This document shows positions 48,590 to 64,000 of a stretch of DNA of 64,000 nt, piece after piece. This stretch comes from the human T2T-CHM13v2.0 reference genome, Homo sapiens. The notes beneath the pieces were generated by a model. The model searched no databases. It saw only the letters and a list, made by a program, of their open reading frames with translations, and was not told the DNA's origin. Each line of letters starts with the position of its first letter. Positions within the stretch are counted from its first letter, which is position 1. The position numbers and the translations under genes are program-made. The DNA lies in the NCBI RefSeq assembly GCF_009914755.1, contig NC_060928.1. One strand, written 5' to 3'.

Positions 48590-50860
48590 TTTAGGGTAGG
48601 CTAAGCTACTTTAGCAAGAGACCCAGTGATAAAGAATATAAATATAGAAGTTTCTCTCCCAACCAGTGGTTCCAAGGTCAGCATTGCAGGCTAGCAGCCC
48701 TTGTTCAAACAGTTATTCAGGGACTTTGGCTGAGGATGGTGCTGCCATTTTAAATCATGGCTTTCAAGTCACTCTAGTTATTCTTCTAATTTGCAGAAAA
48801 AGAACATGGAAGTGTACATATGCAAGGTGTTATGGGCTGTGCCTGGAAATGGCTCATATATCTTCTCATATTCCAGTGGTGTGGAGACTTAGTTACATCT
48901 AGATACAAGAGGAGCTGAGAAATGTAGTCCCTGGCTGGGAAGCCATCTTCCAGCTATAAATACAAGATTTTGGTGGCTGCTAGCAGCCTCAGCCACAGCT
49001 CTTCTTGTGCTACCAAGTATCTTCCCTTACACAGAAAGTAATCCCTCTTCATCCAGCTAGTGATTCAGCTCACAATCTAGGATCTCTATTAAAGGTCCAT
49101 CCCTTTACATGTGGCTTCTAATAGTCTGACAATCTCTAAACTGATAGGCAAATTATTTGCTCTCACCCTTGCTGCTGCCCATTTATAATGTAGTTGGGAC
49201 AGGATGGCCAAATAAGAAGTCTCAATTTGGAAAATGGAATAAAGGGAAACGTAAAAATTGTGGAATGCTCCTGGGAGATGTATGAAGATTTTGTCCCTAG
49301 CAGTGGAGAAGTTCCTTGATTCAACTATGATTCTGATCTCTGGCAGGGGACTCCCTTGTTCATTGAACTCCATGGTTTCCCCTCTGGAAAGTTACTCCTT
49401 ATCCATTTTCTTCCATGGCTACCTCAGAAGTAGAGATTGGGTGTTCACTCCATGGGAATTGTGAAGACAGTCCACTTCCTGCTGGTGTGAATTTGGTGCC
49501 CATCATTTTAAGGCCAAGCTCATGTTTCTTTGGAATACGATTCTCTCAAAAACTCAAGCCTTTTTATCAGTGTGCTTCTGATTGCATATGCCGAGGAACC
49601 ACAACCAAGCTTTTGACCAAATTCTCAAAGTATGTATTATTTTTGCCTTTCTTTAATGGAGGCTATCTTGAGATCAACTAAAAATAAGATTACACTGGGA
49701 ATGTTACATGCAGATCATCACTGCAAAGCTGGGTTCCTTTGGCTTAACGATTGGTAGAGAAGTCTTCATGGGCTTCCCCCCAATCTCCCCCACCTCAAAA
49801 ATAATTTTGAACCTTTGCTGCTATTCAGACTTCAGAAACAATTGGCTTAATTTCATGAGGTTCCTTGTATCAAAACTTTGTCTATTCCCTTCTATCTTTG
49901 CGTGAAAATGTCAATTTTTTTGATACCTTGCTGAAAGCAAGGAATAGCCAATTCACTTAACATTCTGGCTTTTTCCAGCTAGAGCTATCAGATTAGTAGG
50001 TGTCAAAATATATCCCCACTGCTTGTCATGTTAATGGTAAGCTAATGCTATATACTTAGTTTTTGCTATGCAATACTTCAGGATAATTTCTTCATTAGAA
50101 ATATAGGTGGTACACAGTGTGCACAGGGACTGTGTCCAGCTTCTGGAAAAGACTCGACCAAATTTTAGACAGGCACCTCTGAGCCCTGTTTTTGACTAGT
50201 CCAGTTTTAGCAAAAATCCTGCTAAATGAGTTTAGAGATAATCCCATCCTCAATAACTGATGATCGTCAACCTGGCCTGTCTTTGGCAAGAATCACCCTA
50301 CTCTTGATGTCTCCAGTTAGTAATTTTCCATCCACTGACCTCATCACTGCTCATTGACTATAAATCCTCAGTTGTATTTGCTGTGTTAGTTGAGCCCAGT
50401 TTCTTTCCCTTATTGGGTGATGGTCTTAACATATACAGTCCTGAGTAAAGTCTTCTTTACTGCTTTAACAAGTGTCAGAATGGTTTTTCCTTTAATACTT
50501 CCTAGTTTACATGCTGGTAGAATAATGTTTGGTAGGGAAAAATCAGCATGCTCCTTGTTATGGACTGAATGTGTCCTCCCAAAATTCTTAGGTTGAAATC
50601 CTAACCCCGATGTGATGCTTTTAGGAGGTGGGGCTTTTGGGAGATAATTAGGTAATGAGGGTGAAACCCTCATGAATGGGATTGTGTCATTAAAAGAAAC
50701 CCCAGAGAGCTCTCTTTCTGCCACATAGAAGACAGCAGTCTGCATCTTGGAAGAGGGCCCTCAACACTGATCTCTCAGACTTCCAGCTTCCAAAACAGAA
50801 ATAAATTTGTTTATAAGCCACCCAGTCTATATTTTGTTATAGCATCCCAAATAGTTTAAG
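48590..50860. mobile_element. Nested LTR cluster (old MLT1-type; MER31-like ~50130-50470; MST/MLT1A-like ~50556-50860)
   Basis: MaLR motifs (gagctgagaaatgtagtc; tgttatggactgaatgtgtcctccc; ttttgttatagca); gaccaaattttagacaggc. Confidence 0.55.
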
Positions 50861-51744
50861 GCACCCATTTTCCCCACTGTTTCCCAATACAAATTTCCCC
50901 AGTATTGACACTGCCATTCTATGCAAAATGTGTCCTCTTTATAGTCCCTTTGGACTCACAGCAGGTTACTACACATCACAGATCCTCGTCTGAAACTTGT
51001 AGGGCCAGATGTCTTAGAATTTGGAGTTTTCCAGATTTTATAAAATATTATGACTCAGACACCAATATGGTTTGGGGCAACACCTATAATCAAGTATATT
51101 AACATTTCTGTAGCAAAATGAGTATTAAAGTAGGATAAAGAAAGACTACATATGTACATAAAACCTTGCCGGGGAAGTCAGGCTCAGCTACCAGGTGAGT
51201 TTTGTTGCCAAAATGCTAGGAAAATCTTTAACTTTTCAGAGATTTTTGGTCATGGAATTGTAGCAACAAAACCTTTTGTAGAAGAGTAACCAAAATCATG
51301 TATGCATTTAGTTCCAACTAGTTAATGTCACATCTCTATTCCTGTCACCCTTCCCTGTGATCTAGTCCCTTTTGTAAGAGAAATATGGTAGTTGAATTAT
51401 AAAATCTAAAATTAATTTTGTGGTCCAAAGAAAAGCAAAATAGATCTTTAGAATGTAAAGCCATTCTTTACTTTGCCCAATAAAAATTTTGTTATTCCCT
51501 GAACACTTTGTGGTGATTGTCATCAGATTCTTCTTCAATGTGCATGCATCCAAAATTATTGCCAGTGGACACCAGAGATTAGTTGTTAAGACCATTTGTA
51601 AATCATGAAAGAACAGATAATGTGAAGACGTGAAAGGTTAAGAATTGGAAGAAACTTAATTCCCTCTTACTCTTATCAGAAAACTAGCTGTAGTTTATTT
51701 CACTGAAATCAGAGATTAATGGTATTTAAAAGACCAATTTACAA

Positions 51745-52055
<311 letters not shown>

Positions 52056-54249
52056 TTAATATAACAGGGACTTTATGTTGGCCATTGGCCTTTGGACCTA
52101 TGAAAGGGTGGGTTGAGAGAAAACAGAAGCTGAAGTTGTACATTCATTGTAATCAATTTTACAATGTATTTATCTTGTTTTAAAATGTATACTTTATAGA
52201 TGGCTTATCAAGTGCTATTAAAACTTGGAAATATCCCCAAATTTTACCGAAAAAGTATTCATTTAACAAACACAAAATATGTGATAACTATGTTAGGTGG
52301 TAAAAGCCCATTTTTCCAGTTATCATGTTGCCCATCTTCTCTAAAACTACTCTGCTTTTCCATGCATTCTCTCTCCCATCAACTTGCCCCATATCTGACC
52401 TTTCAGATTAGGGATAATTTTATTTCCCAAACTCAGCTTTCATACTATGAAATACATGGGAGTTATATACTTTTGGGGGGGAAGAAATTGTTGAAATTTA
52501 TGCAGATATTCTTTTATGTTTTAATAAATCACATATAAAATATTTAGTTATCTTACTTCAGCCATCTTATAATCTTTAAATCCTGCTAAAGTTAAAACAT
52601 ATAGCCACAATTGAAAAGAGAACAAAAAATTGTTCACAGATCCCTAGAGTGTAATGTATTTATGTTTTAACTATTCTGAAGAGTTTCTATTGAATACAAA
52701 ACCATTTTTGGACTAGAATTCTGAAATTTTACCATACATTAAATTCATTTCTAGTGGTTCATTTTAGCATGTAAGCAGTTCCATCATGTTTCTCCTCCAA
52801 ATGTGGACTGATACCTCAAAAAGACTAATTCTAGAAACATGAAGTTTTCCTGGAGAAATGATTAATGGAAGCAAGACTATCAGTAAAAAATATTCAAGAA
52901 AAGGGATGTTACTTTACACTGATCAAGTTAAAAAGCCTCTGAAAAGGCAAACAAAAATAAAGAAAAGCAAAATACACTATTTCTCTCCTTTATGGATAAA
53001 ATGTAGGTCATTTTGAACAATAAAGTCAGGGAGTAAAAGGAAAAAGCCATTTGATTATTAAGAAAGACTGTCTATTGCATGGATATAGTACAGGTCATAC
53101 ATTAGAGTTTTAGTTTTGGTTAAACCTGTCAGTTATGGTACATCCACAAACAAGTGTGTGCACAGGAATTAGCAGTGACTTGGGAAATTCAGTTGCTCAA
53201 ATTTTACCACTGCAAGCTCATGGAGTTTAACCAAACAAATGAATCTGCAATCAAGAAAGTAAAAAAACATAAACAAGCTTTAAACAATCTTTAGAAAAAA
53301 TGTTCACATGCAAGAGACTTCCCAGGCAAGAAGGTTTTGATTAAAAAAAATTTGAGTCCCGAAGTAGTGATTTACCTTCAGAAATATTCTCATCTAGGAT
53401 TATTACACTCCAAATGCAAAGTGAGCTAGAGAGGGAGAATGCTTGCAAGATGTGTTCAGTTCATATTAAATAAATACAAAGTATGGCTAAATACTATGTA
53501 TTAAGATTTTCTAGCACCAATTTATAGAAGTTCAGAGTATAGCAATGGAGTAAATAACTTATTTTCTTTTTCAATTCACTCTTTGAAATGAGTGAATAGT
53601 ATTAGCGGCTATGTTTGGCTTCCTTCAGTAAAAGCAGAAGCTAGAGACTTATTTTCCTTATTCATAAGTTCTAAATTTACCTACTGGGGAAGGAGTTGTA
53701 TGGGAACCTGTAATAGTTTAGGGCTTGCCCAAAGATGGGGTATGTGTACGTCTATGAAGGAATCCAAAATCTTACCTAACAAGCGGAAAGTTTTCTAGGT
53801 AGTTAGTATTCAAGTAGTTCTGTGGTCTCAAAGATTTAGATCCTCTTCCAAAGAGTCTAAACCTGTTACCCAGACATAAGAATTTCATAAATAAAATATT
53901 TTAAGTGGAACAACACAGCTCCATTTTAATGTAGTCTAGTGACGTGGTAACTGCTTTAAAAAGAAGAGCAATAATAATAGTTGCTCCTATCCACCTCAGT
54001 GGCAGCTTTGAAGCTATTCATAGATGAGATGACAGACTTAAAATAGATTGAAACTTGTTCAGGAAAAAAAAAAAAGATAAATATACAAAAGCATTCCAAC
54101 CCCACTGGAAACAAGAAAAAAAAATATATATAAAAGCATGAAGAATTGAAATCAGCCATTAGAATCCCTTAGTAATAAGGAAAATAATATAAAGCCTCCC
54201 CAATAATAACCTGTCAAATAGGGTATTCAGGATGAAAAAATATTTAAAT

Positions 54250-54255
54250 TTTATT
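54250..54255 (-). terminator. CLGN: CLGN poly(A) signal (other AATAAA copies at 54561, 54602, 54794)
   Basis: tttatt on + (AATAAA on -), ~740 nt downstream of the stop. Confidence 0.6.
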
Positions 54256-54996
54256 TTCAATAGCAATGTATGCATAAGAAATTTTGTGAATGGGGTAAAC
54301 CACTCTGGCATAAAGCAACTGTAAAAACTTGAAAAAAAATCTGTACATCATTTTGTTTTGATAAAACCCATTATCCTTGTATTCAAATGTAAAATATGCT
54401 GCAATATAATCCAGTGATTTTATGAACAAGGCATGTCCTTAAAGGAATCTATAATTTAAGCAAACAACTCACTGTAACTATAATTTGACACAAACTAGGT
54501 AAATGTGGGTCATATACAACACTTTCAATTGTTGATAGAATCAAACAACCATACAGAAACTTTATTGCATTTAGCTCTTCACAACAGAACATATGCTCAT
54601 TTTTATTATAGAACTACCAGTTATATTGTTGTATAGCCATTTAAGTGGAAATTCCAATAACTGATTTTTCCAATAGCAATGAAGCTGCTACATATTATTT
54701 TGTTCTGTACAAACCAAAACTATCTCCAAACAACTAAAACTGTGTAACTTCTAATGGTATTAATCTCTTAGATCCGATATGTAATGTGCCACTTTTATTC
54801 TAAATTCAAAGATGAGGTAACTTCAAAGTTGCTTCTTTTTCCTCTGAAATGAAGGACTAAAATAAATGTCTGAAAGAATATAATGTTGCTAGATATTAGA
54901 AACAGGATGTGCAGACTGATTAAAGTTCAGGTCTGGCATGCTGATTTTTACAATGCCAAACATCCCTCTCGGGAATTAAAAATATTTCAATCTAGT

Positions 54997-55077
54997 TTAG
55001 TCCTTTCGTACTCTTCTTTTGCGTACTGACTTTATCGGCCCATCTCCAGATCCTGTGCTCTCATCTGCTTCTTTCAT
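54997..55077 (-). CDS. CLGN: Calmegin last coding exon (MKEADESTGSGDGPIKSVRKRRVRKD*)
   Basis: Acceptor ttttctag|ATG; 81 nt; calnexin-like basic C-terminus. Confidence 0.95.
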   Translation of the reverse strand: MKEADESTGSGDGPIKSVRKRRVRKD

Positions 55078-56400
55078 CTAGAAAAAATAATTATGAAAAG
55101 GTTTCTTTTAGTATAACACATAACTAGTAGATAGTAGTAAACAATATATTTATTATTCTCTAAAATATATGTGCTATCAATCAAGTGCTATTATGAAGGT
55201 ATTATATGAAATAAAGTTATAGTTATTTCTCAAGGCTATACAAAAATCGATGTATTCCAGCTCACTGACACATACACATAAGAAGACGGAAAGACTGAAA
55301 GATGGAATTAAGATGTTTTCGAAGGTACACAAAATATTTTGTAAAGTAAATGTAAATAGAATACATATTCAAGTAAATGACTGCAGGTATTATTTTAAGA
55401 AAGTCACAGCAGAAACAATGATTATTTAAAACTTGGCTCTGGAAGAAATTCTCTTCACCTAGCTCTCCCTAAATATGGATATTCATACTAAATAATGGTC
55501 CCAAAGTCCCTATAAAAACTCAGAGGGCAGGAAGACCAGCAAACAGTATGTGTACTGATTAAACATTAGGAAAGACTTAACAATAATTGCAAATTTATTT
55601 GGAGGATTTCTTTAAATAGATAAAATACAAAATTCATTTCATCACATGCAAGAGCAGGCAGAACTGTACTTTTATCCTACCTACATAGTTGGAATGTAAT
55701 ATGTTAGGATGGTGACTCTGTGGGGTAAGGCTACCCAGCTCTTTAAGGGCCAGAGAAAACTGGTTTTTGGTTTATGCTGGGTTAAAAACAAAAAAGAAAA
55801 AAGACAGCTCTGGCTCTAATTATACTCGGGATTTCTCATTCCATAATAACTTACAAAAAAAAAGCATTGTGCAAAGTTCCATTTTATATCAGGACACAAA
55901 AAGGGGTAGACTAATAAGGGGGGAGAAAAGTTCACTAAAGATTTGAGAAAAATACCCTATCAGGCAGATAGTACTCAACTACCCAATGAATGAAATATTT
56001 TAAAACGTGAGAGTAAAATGTTGAGACAATAAAGATGTTTTACAACAGCTATAAAAATTATAATAATGATAATTATCTTTTAAATATTCAAACAATGTGT
56101 TTATTATGCTTTTCAATAGAATTTCAATGAGAAAGTCATAATTTTGGATACATGTATTCTATCTTTATATTTTGTACGCCACAGGCTTGCTCTATACTGT
56201 TTTACTAGGCATTGAGACAATATAAATTACAGTATTTTTCTTTCCTTCCTTATGGATATGTTTTAAAAACAATATAGAGGCTCTTATAAAAGCTGAGAGA
56301 AATATGGCAAAAATTCTTTCATAAACCATATTGGTGCTTTTATTGAAAAAACTTTTTATGGATAACAACTATACATAGAAACCAGCTTATTTTCTGTTAC

Positions 56401-56501
56401 CTCATCCTCTGACCCAGACTTATTTGATTGATTACTTTCTTCTTGCCCTTCTATGATTTCAATTTCTTCTTCACTCTTTTCCTCAGGTTCACTTTCCTCT
56501 T
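56401..56501 (-). CDS. CLGN: Calmegin acidic cytosolic tail exon ([33 protein letters not shown])
   Basis: AG/GT boundaries; 101 nt; phase 1/0. Confidence 0.93.
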
Positions 56502-57991
56502 CTAGAATACAGATTTTGTTAAAAGCAAAGACTCAATAAATTAGAATTTTGCTACTGAAAAGTATTAAATACAATAAACGGGATTTATTTAAATTCCAAG
56601 ATTTATTCCAAGATTTAGAAGCAACTTCTTCCATTCAAAATTTTAAAAATTATAAATACTCATTATATTATCATATTTTATAAATGAATCATATTTGAGT
56701 TTGGGGACAAGTTTAAAAAATTCTTAAGCATTCAGTCTGTATGTAATATGAAAACCAAAAAATAATAATCTTTCCTGTGTTCCTGTCTTGGAAAATACTT
56801 CCTTTAATTTTTGGTGATCTTTTAATCTTCAATATGTTATTTACTTATGTTTGTTCTCTGTGGACATCATGCATTTTTTCAGTTATTGACCCTCCTTAGG
56901 ATTCCATTTAGCAGAACCTCCAACTTTTGTCATCATTATTAACCAAAAGATATTAAGCACGTCCTAGGAGCTATATAAAGTAAAAACTCCTACCCTACCA
57001 AGAATGGGCTTTGGGGAAAGGGAAGTTGAAAAATCAACTCTACTTCTTCTACGTAGTTCCAATGTGGGACTACGTGTATAGATGAAAGTGGTGAAAGTAC
57101 CTTTATACAAGCAGGCCCCTCCGATACTTAAATTCCCTCTAAATAAGGCTGATCCAGACATCAATATACTAAGCACTAAGAAGTTACAAAAACAAGGCTG
57201 GAAACTTACAACCTGAAACATTTGTTGTTTTAGATACCTATCCTAATACACACATGAACATGTGTATGTATATGTGTGTATATATATATATACTGTCTCT
57301 TAAAAAATAGATAGACACATATGTGTTTTTAAGTCAACTGTTTCATTAAGTGAGTTAAACACTGTGCTTCAAGACATTTGGCTTGGGACACTGGGCAAAT
57401 CAATAGTTTTATTTCTACCTTATGTAAGGAGGTCTCAGCGGACAGCCACCAAAGGGTGACTTCAGTTCTAACATCTTCAAGAGTTTAACATAGGGTGAGA
57501 AGGGGATATAGGTTCAGCAATCCTTTCAGAAAATTAATTAAATTATTTCTTCTATATGATAAGCATCTGACTAACAATAGCTGTTGGAAGACTTGGTGTT
57601 GATTTTGTTGCTGCAATCATCTGTTTTATATCTATTCCTTTTCTACAGAGGCCATGATATACACCCTCTATCACCCTCCATCTCATCTTCTACACTCCCA
57701 GAGCCAAGAAACATCCTTGCAAAAAGCTATGGCCTATGGGATTCATTAACTGCTAGGCTCTCAAGCAACTGAACACTATTTAAATCTCCTTCTTCCTAGA
57801 ATGCAAAAACTATAAACAGGGTGGCTGCTCAGAGGACTATTATTCCTTCTTGCCACAGTCACATATTCTTGGGAGATTCAGATGTATAAACTTGATAATA
57901 AACAAGTATAATAACTAGTTATTTCAAGGCCATATACAGTTTTATGAGCTTTACCCAGAGTCTCCATTATAAATCACTCTCATCATCTTAC

Positions 57992-58151
57992 CTTTTTCAA
58001 GCATTTCACCATCATTTTGCTTTTTTTCCTCTTCCAGGTCCATTGGTTTTTCCAGGGCTGCTTTCTCTTCCTTTTCTTCTTGCTCTAGTACTCCTTTTGT
58101 TTGTGGTATACATATGTCGGTTTTTTTATACTCTGTATCTTTATGTTTTTT
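57992..58151 (-). CDS. CLGN: Calmegin cytosolic exon ([12 protein letters not shown]...DGEMLEK)
   Basis: cag|AAA...G|gtaaga; 160 nt. Confidence 0.93.
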
Positions 58152-58358
58152 CTGTGGTAGTTAACATAAGTTATTTTTACTAAAGGCAGAGTGCTATTTT
58201 GAAAGTTTTTTTGCAATAATTGATAACATACATAATGAACTATCAGTAAAACTTATGAGACATTTAGTTTATTACTTTTAAGAATCGCTTAATTTATAGA
58301 ACTCTTAAACAACAAGAAATTTGGGTGAAAAAAGTTGAAGGAAATCCATTTTCTTTAC

Positions 58359-58484
58359 CTTTACTTTTCTTGGCCAACAAAATGAAGTAATTAATGCTAT
58401 TGGCACTCCTGCTGTCACAAGATAAATCAACCAAAGCCATGGGTGCCCTTCAGCAGCTGCCATTAACTGTTTTAATACACCAGG
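58359..58484 (-). CDS. CLGN: Calmegin transmembrane exon ([42 protein letters not shown])
   Basis: 126 nt, in frame; calnexin-type PWLW transmembrane helix. Confidence 0.95.
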
Positions 58485-59598
58485 CTATAGATGAGATAAG
58501 CATAAAAATGCAATTCAAATTTTACAAACCTTTACTGGGTAACACAAGATACAAAAAAACTTATTTACTCAGGCATTTTACATTAAGGAGTGATGAACTC
58601 GTAAGTAAAAGAAGTTTCATTTTCCCACCTTATACTTTGTAAAGTCTAGTTTAATTATTAGCATGCATCACTGAGTGAGACTTGATAGCAGAAGGTATGT
58701 TATGACAAAAGTGGAAACTTCTAACATACTGGCAAGAAAAATGGTAATTTTCCTTTTTGGTAAATTTCAGAATAGAACTACCTTTTATGGATGTATTACC
58801 TGGTTTATTTGAAGTGATCATTCATTCTGTACTCTGATCATTCATTCTGTACTTTTAAAGAACTTACTAAAAATCATACCTCAGAATTGTTTTCTTTTTT
58901 ATATAAACACATTTCACACATAAGACCCTCAGTAAGGATATTATTTCTCTTATTAAAATAAAATTTAAAAAATCAAATGTTTTAGTTACAAGAGGTTCAA
59001 AACAAGAATCCCTCTTCACCTACTCTTTTGATGGTTTTTCGCTAGTGACCCAAGGAACCAAATGTAAGGTAAGAATTTTTCTTTATAGCAACTGAATTTA
59101 ATGATACATTTTCTAAGATGCATTGTGTTGAAATATTTAGCCCAACCTTTTCTAAACAGTGTTAAGGTTTCGGGAAAAAACTGGAACAGAATTTAATAAT
59201 GTTAAACTATAAATTCTTTGTACATTCCTCTAAGTAAAAAATAGTTAAATAAACAGTAATATTTAGATTATCATTGTCACTTAGGTCTTGAACTGGCAAG
59301 ATGACAAAGATATTAAGTAGTCTTCTTCTATGAACAGTAAGTAAGCATTAAATCCCATTAGTGATGTTATAATTTAATGAATAAAATGAGGACTTACATA
59401 TGCATATATAGCTCATAATGAAGTAACATAAAAAGCAAAATATTCTGTCTACATAAACTTATTCAAACACATTTCCTTGGCATTTAGTAGTTACTGCACA
59501 TTTATTTGCATTTAAAAGAGCCATCTGAATAACCTACAACCAAGACCAAGTATTATTATTCATAGTTATATCACTACTGCTATTGGTCAACACCATAC

Positions 59599-59814
59599 CT
59601 TATTAGCATTTGCTATCATTATTTTCCATCTCCAACCATCTGCAGCCCAGTGATCTGCTACTTCCTTTTCCGAACAGATAATAAAATTATCAAAGTAGAT
59701 ATCAGAGGTCATAGACCAAAGCTCTAAACCAAGAGCACTGAAAGAAGTCAGAAGAAATGGATGATCATCTTCGAAATAATCTGGATTAGGAATTTTTCGA
59801 GGACTCCAGATTCC
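59599..59814 (-). CDS. CLGN: Calmegin lectin-domain exon ([17 protein letters not shown]...[20 protein letters not shown]...ANANK)
   Basis: 216 nt; calnexin/calreticulin signature GLELWSM...FDNF. Confidence 0.96.
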
Positions 59815-60669
59815 CTGGAAGAAAAGTAATTGAAGACATTTTCAAATAAAATAACTTCATTATAAATGCTGCTTAATAAGTAGCTGCTGTTGAATGAAAT
59901 TCGCAATGCTAACTGGAAAAAAGAATTTTAACTGATATTAATTCATTAGTAATATACTGGATATAAAATCTTGTTTCTTTTGCTGTGTACACAATGTTCC
60001 CTACGAGTGATACTAACTTTAAATTCTGCAAGAAAAGGAAAAGGGAAAATCCAACATAAACAGAAACGTGAATAAATTTCACAATTTGTCTACTTTGGAC
60101 AAATTTTTAGATTTAGTAAAGTTATTCATTGCAAAATGTTATTCAAGTTGTCCAAATCAGAAAGATCATTGTATAGCAAAAATGGAGTTACTCCATTTAA
60201 CATATACCCATGACAGATATCATTAATCAGGTATGGTTGAATCTCGGCACAACTACTCAACCTAAAACTTCCATTAGATCTTAAATGATTAAACTGTCCA
60301 TTAAATCAAATACATTCAACAATATCATTGCTCACTGACTCACTCCACCATCACATGTATGTATTCTGGGCCAGGCACTATGCCAGATGATGGAGACATA
60401 CATGGTTCCTGTATTATGGAGTTTAAAGTCAAATAAAAGAGACAGACATCAAACAAAAAAATTTACCAAAAGAAACATTTTGTGTTAAATGCTTTTAATA
60501 AAAACTACAGTGAGTAATTAGAATATGAAACTGCATATATATAATGTTAGAACGTATCCATAAATAATTACAAAGATAAAACTAGAGGGTTAAGTGGATA
60601 ACATAGAAACTTTTAATATGAAAAGCTAGGTACACTCAAAAGATGTCGATTGATATCAGAAAAAAATCA

Positions 60670-61216
<547 letters not shown>

Positions 61217-61589
61217 AAAAATCAGAATTTTAATAATACTAAATAATAAGTACATTAATTAAGCACAGGCATTAATTACTAAAATGTACAATATGAGTCT
61301 ATTTGATCAAAATTCACTTCTTATATTTACTTCTAAAATAGAACTTTATTTCAAAGTGAGCATCAACTGATAATTAGGGAAGAATATAGTATGAAGTGAT
61401 TTATTTCCCCAGAAAATTAAATAATTGATGCTCTACTTTTAAAATATAAATTAGTTGAGGTCTATTTTCTTTGACATCTTAAAATTAAAAATGAAACTTC
61501 CAAAAGTTGACATAGGTAATTAGATATTTAAATAGAAAAGATCACAACATTTTTAACTTCACTAAATAATTGGAACAAGCGGTTGTTAC

Positions 61590-61740
61590 CTGATAGTTAG
61601 GATTATCGACCAGTGGAGGTCTCCATACTCCTTTGTATTTTGGGTTATCTATCATGGGAGGTTTCCACTCACCACACCCAATCCGACATGCTGGATTAAG
61701 AATCTGAGGTGCCTCCCATTCTCCATCCGTGTCTTCATTC
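61590..61740 (-). CDS. CLGN: Calmegin P-domain exon ([50 protein letters not shown])
   Basis: Type-2 P-domain repeats GxWxPPxIxNP; 151 nt. Confidence 0.96.
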
Positions 61741-61862
61741 CTTAGGATATTAAAACAAAGCAAATACAGTAACCTCAAGTCTCAGATCAGTCATATAAAC
61801 TAGTAACAAAAATGCATGTAAGAAACATTTGAAATCAACATTTGAAGATGAAGAGTGCTTAC

Positions 61863-61976
61863 CAGTCATCAGGTTTTTCAGCATTAGGATCAGGGATAAA
61901 TTTTGGTTCATCATCAAGCCAGCCAGCAGGTTTAACAACACTTGAATCTTCTATTTGGGCAGGTTCACTTTCATCC
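61863..61976 (-). CDS. CLGN: Calmegin P-domain exon ([38 protein letters not shown]); gene continues beyond the window
   Basis: Type-1 repeats IxDPxAxKPxDW; 114 nt; phase 2/2. Confidence 0.96.
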
Positions 61977-62325
61977 CTGTAAATACAACGTTTTATATTA
62001 CTAATTATTCAGAAAGTTTAAAAATGCATGTTACAACACTAAGAAGGTACCATAAAATTATTTCCCTCCCTTTTGTTTGTGCCTGTTATTTGTCCTCATC
62101 TACTACCCACCTAAATCTTTTGCTAACTTGCCAATTTTTGGTACATATTCCCTGTTGTGCTCTATGCATACATGCACACACGTATACATTCTTTTTTTTA
62201 ATACGAATGATAGCATTCTATACATAATGTATTAGACCTTGCTTTTGTTACTTAAAAACTCAGTCATTCATCAACAAATATATATTGCATGCTTACTATG
62301 TGTCAAGACTGTTCGAGGAGCTCCA

Positions 62326-62712
<387 letters not shown>

Positions 62713-63390
62713 GCTTCATTCTTAACAGTTGCATAGTTTTCTACTTGAGGATACACCATAATTTATTTAGCTTATCTCCTCTTGGAGGACATTTAGTGTT
62801 TCCAAAATTTTACTATTATTAATACAAACAATGCTATAGTGAATGTCCTAGAATATATGCCATTTCTCATCTGTGAAAATATAATTGTTAAGAGTATGGA
62901 CATTTTAAATTTTGATAGTAGCATCCAAATTACTCTCTATAATGGTTACACTCCACTTCCGGTTCTACCAGCAGCATGCAAAAGTACCTATTTTCTCCTG
63001 TCCTTGCGAAGAGTGTTACCAAACTTCTTGATTTCTGCCCATGTGGTAGGTGAAAAATGGTATCTCACTGAACTTTGAATGTACATTTAGTAGCATAAGT
63101 GATACACAAAAACTATTTTTTCTTAGCTCATTACCTTTATACTAAGAAATTAGCTCTCTGTCAGCTATATGATTGAAAATAATTTTTCCTGGTTCTTGTG
63201 TGTTTTTTGAAATAGTTTAGGGAGGTTTTTTTTTTGCAATATACAAATCATTTATTTTCATGTAGTTGAACTTATTTTTAAAGGATTCTTGGATTTTATG
63301 TCATATTTGGAAAGTTCTTCCCTATTCCAATATAATTTTTAAAACTCTCCTTATTTAATTCTAGCATTCTTATTTTAAAAAGAACACTTA

Positions 63391-63921
<531 letters not shown>

Positions 63922-64000
63922 TTAATGGAGCATTTCTTTTAGTACTTTGTAAAACAAATTCTAACACATTTCAACAATCAGAATGAAGCAGTTATATGTG

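Noticed and set aside
58815-58853. 20-bp tandem duplication tgatcattcattctgtact
   Set aside because: Ordinary deep-intronic micro-duplication

Overview
Primate (human or great-ape) genomic DNA containing the SCOC locus on + and the 3' half of CLGN (calmegin) on -, arranged tail-to-tail. SCOC has two promoters. An upstream non-CpG promoter (~9.2 kb) drives a short exon plus the exon encoding the LIR motif (122-aa isoform). A CpG-island, CCAAT-rich promoter (~39.3 kb) drives the 159-aa form and a downstream-ATG form. Both splice to three shared exons (44899-46881). Seven CLGN coding exons (61976 down to 54997) were reconstructed with consistent phases. The rest is repeat-rich: an old 5'-inverted L1M with an intact 15-bp TSD interrupted by a 5'-truncated L1PA, a full-length Tigger2 inside an LTR, an RPL14 processed pseudogene, MLT2A/MER4/MLT1/MER31-type LTRs and about 18 Alus. 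No new multi-gene system is evident. The best lead is a splicing-dependent reading-frame switch at the upstream SCOC promoter: an ATG at 9218 is an out-of-frame overlapping uORF when the 88-nt LIR exon is included, but an in-frame start for a LIR-less SCOC when it is skipped. Gene and repeat-subfamily names come from recognition, not from database searches.
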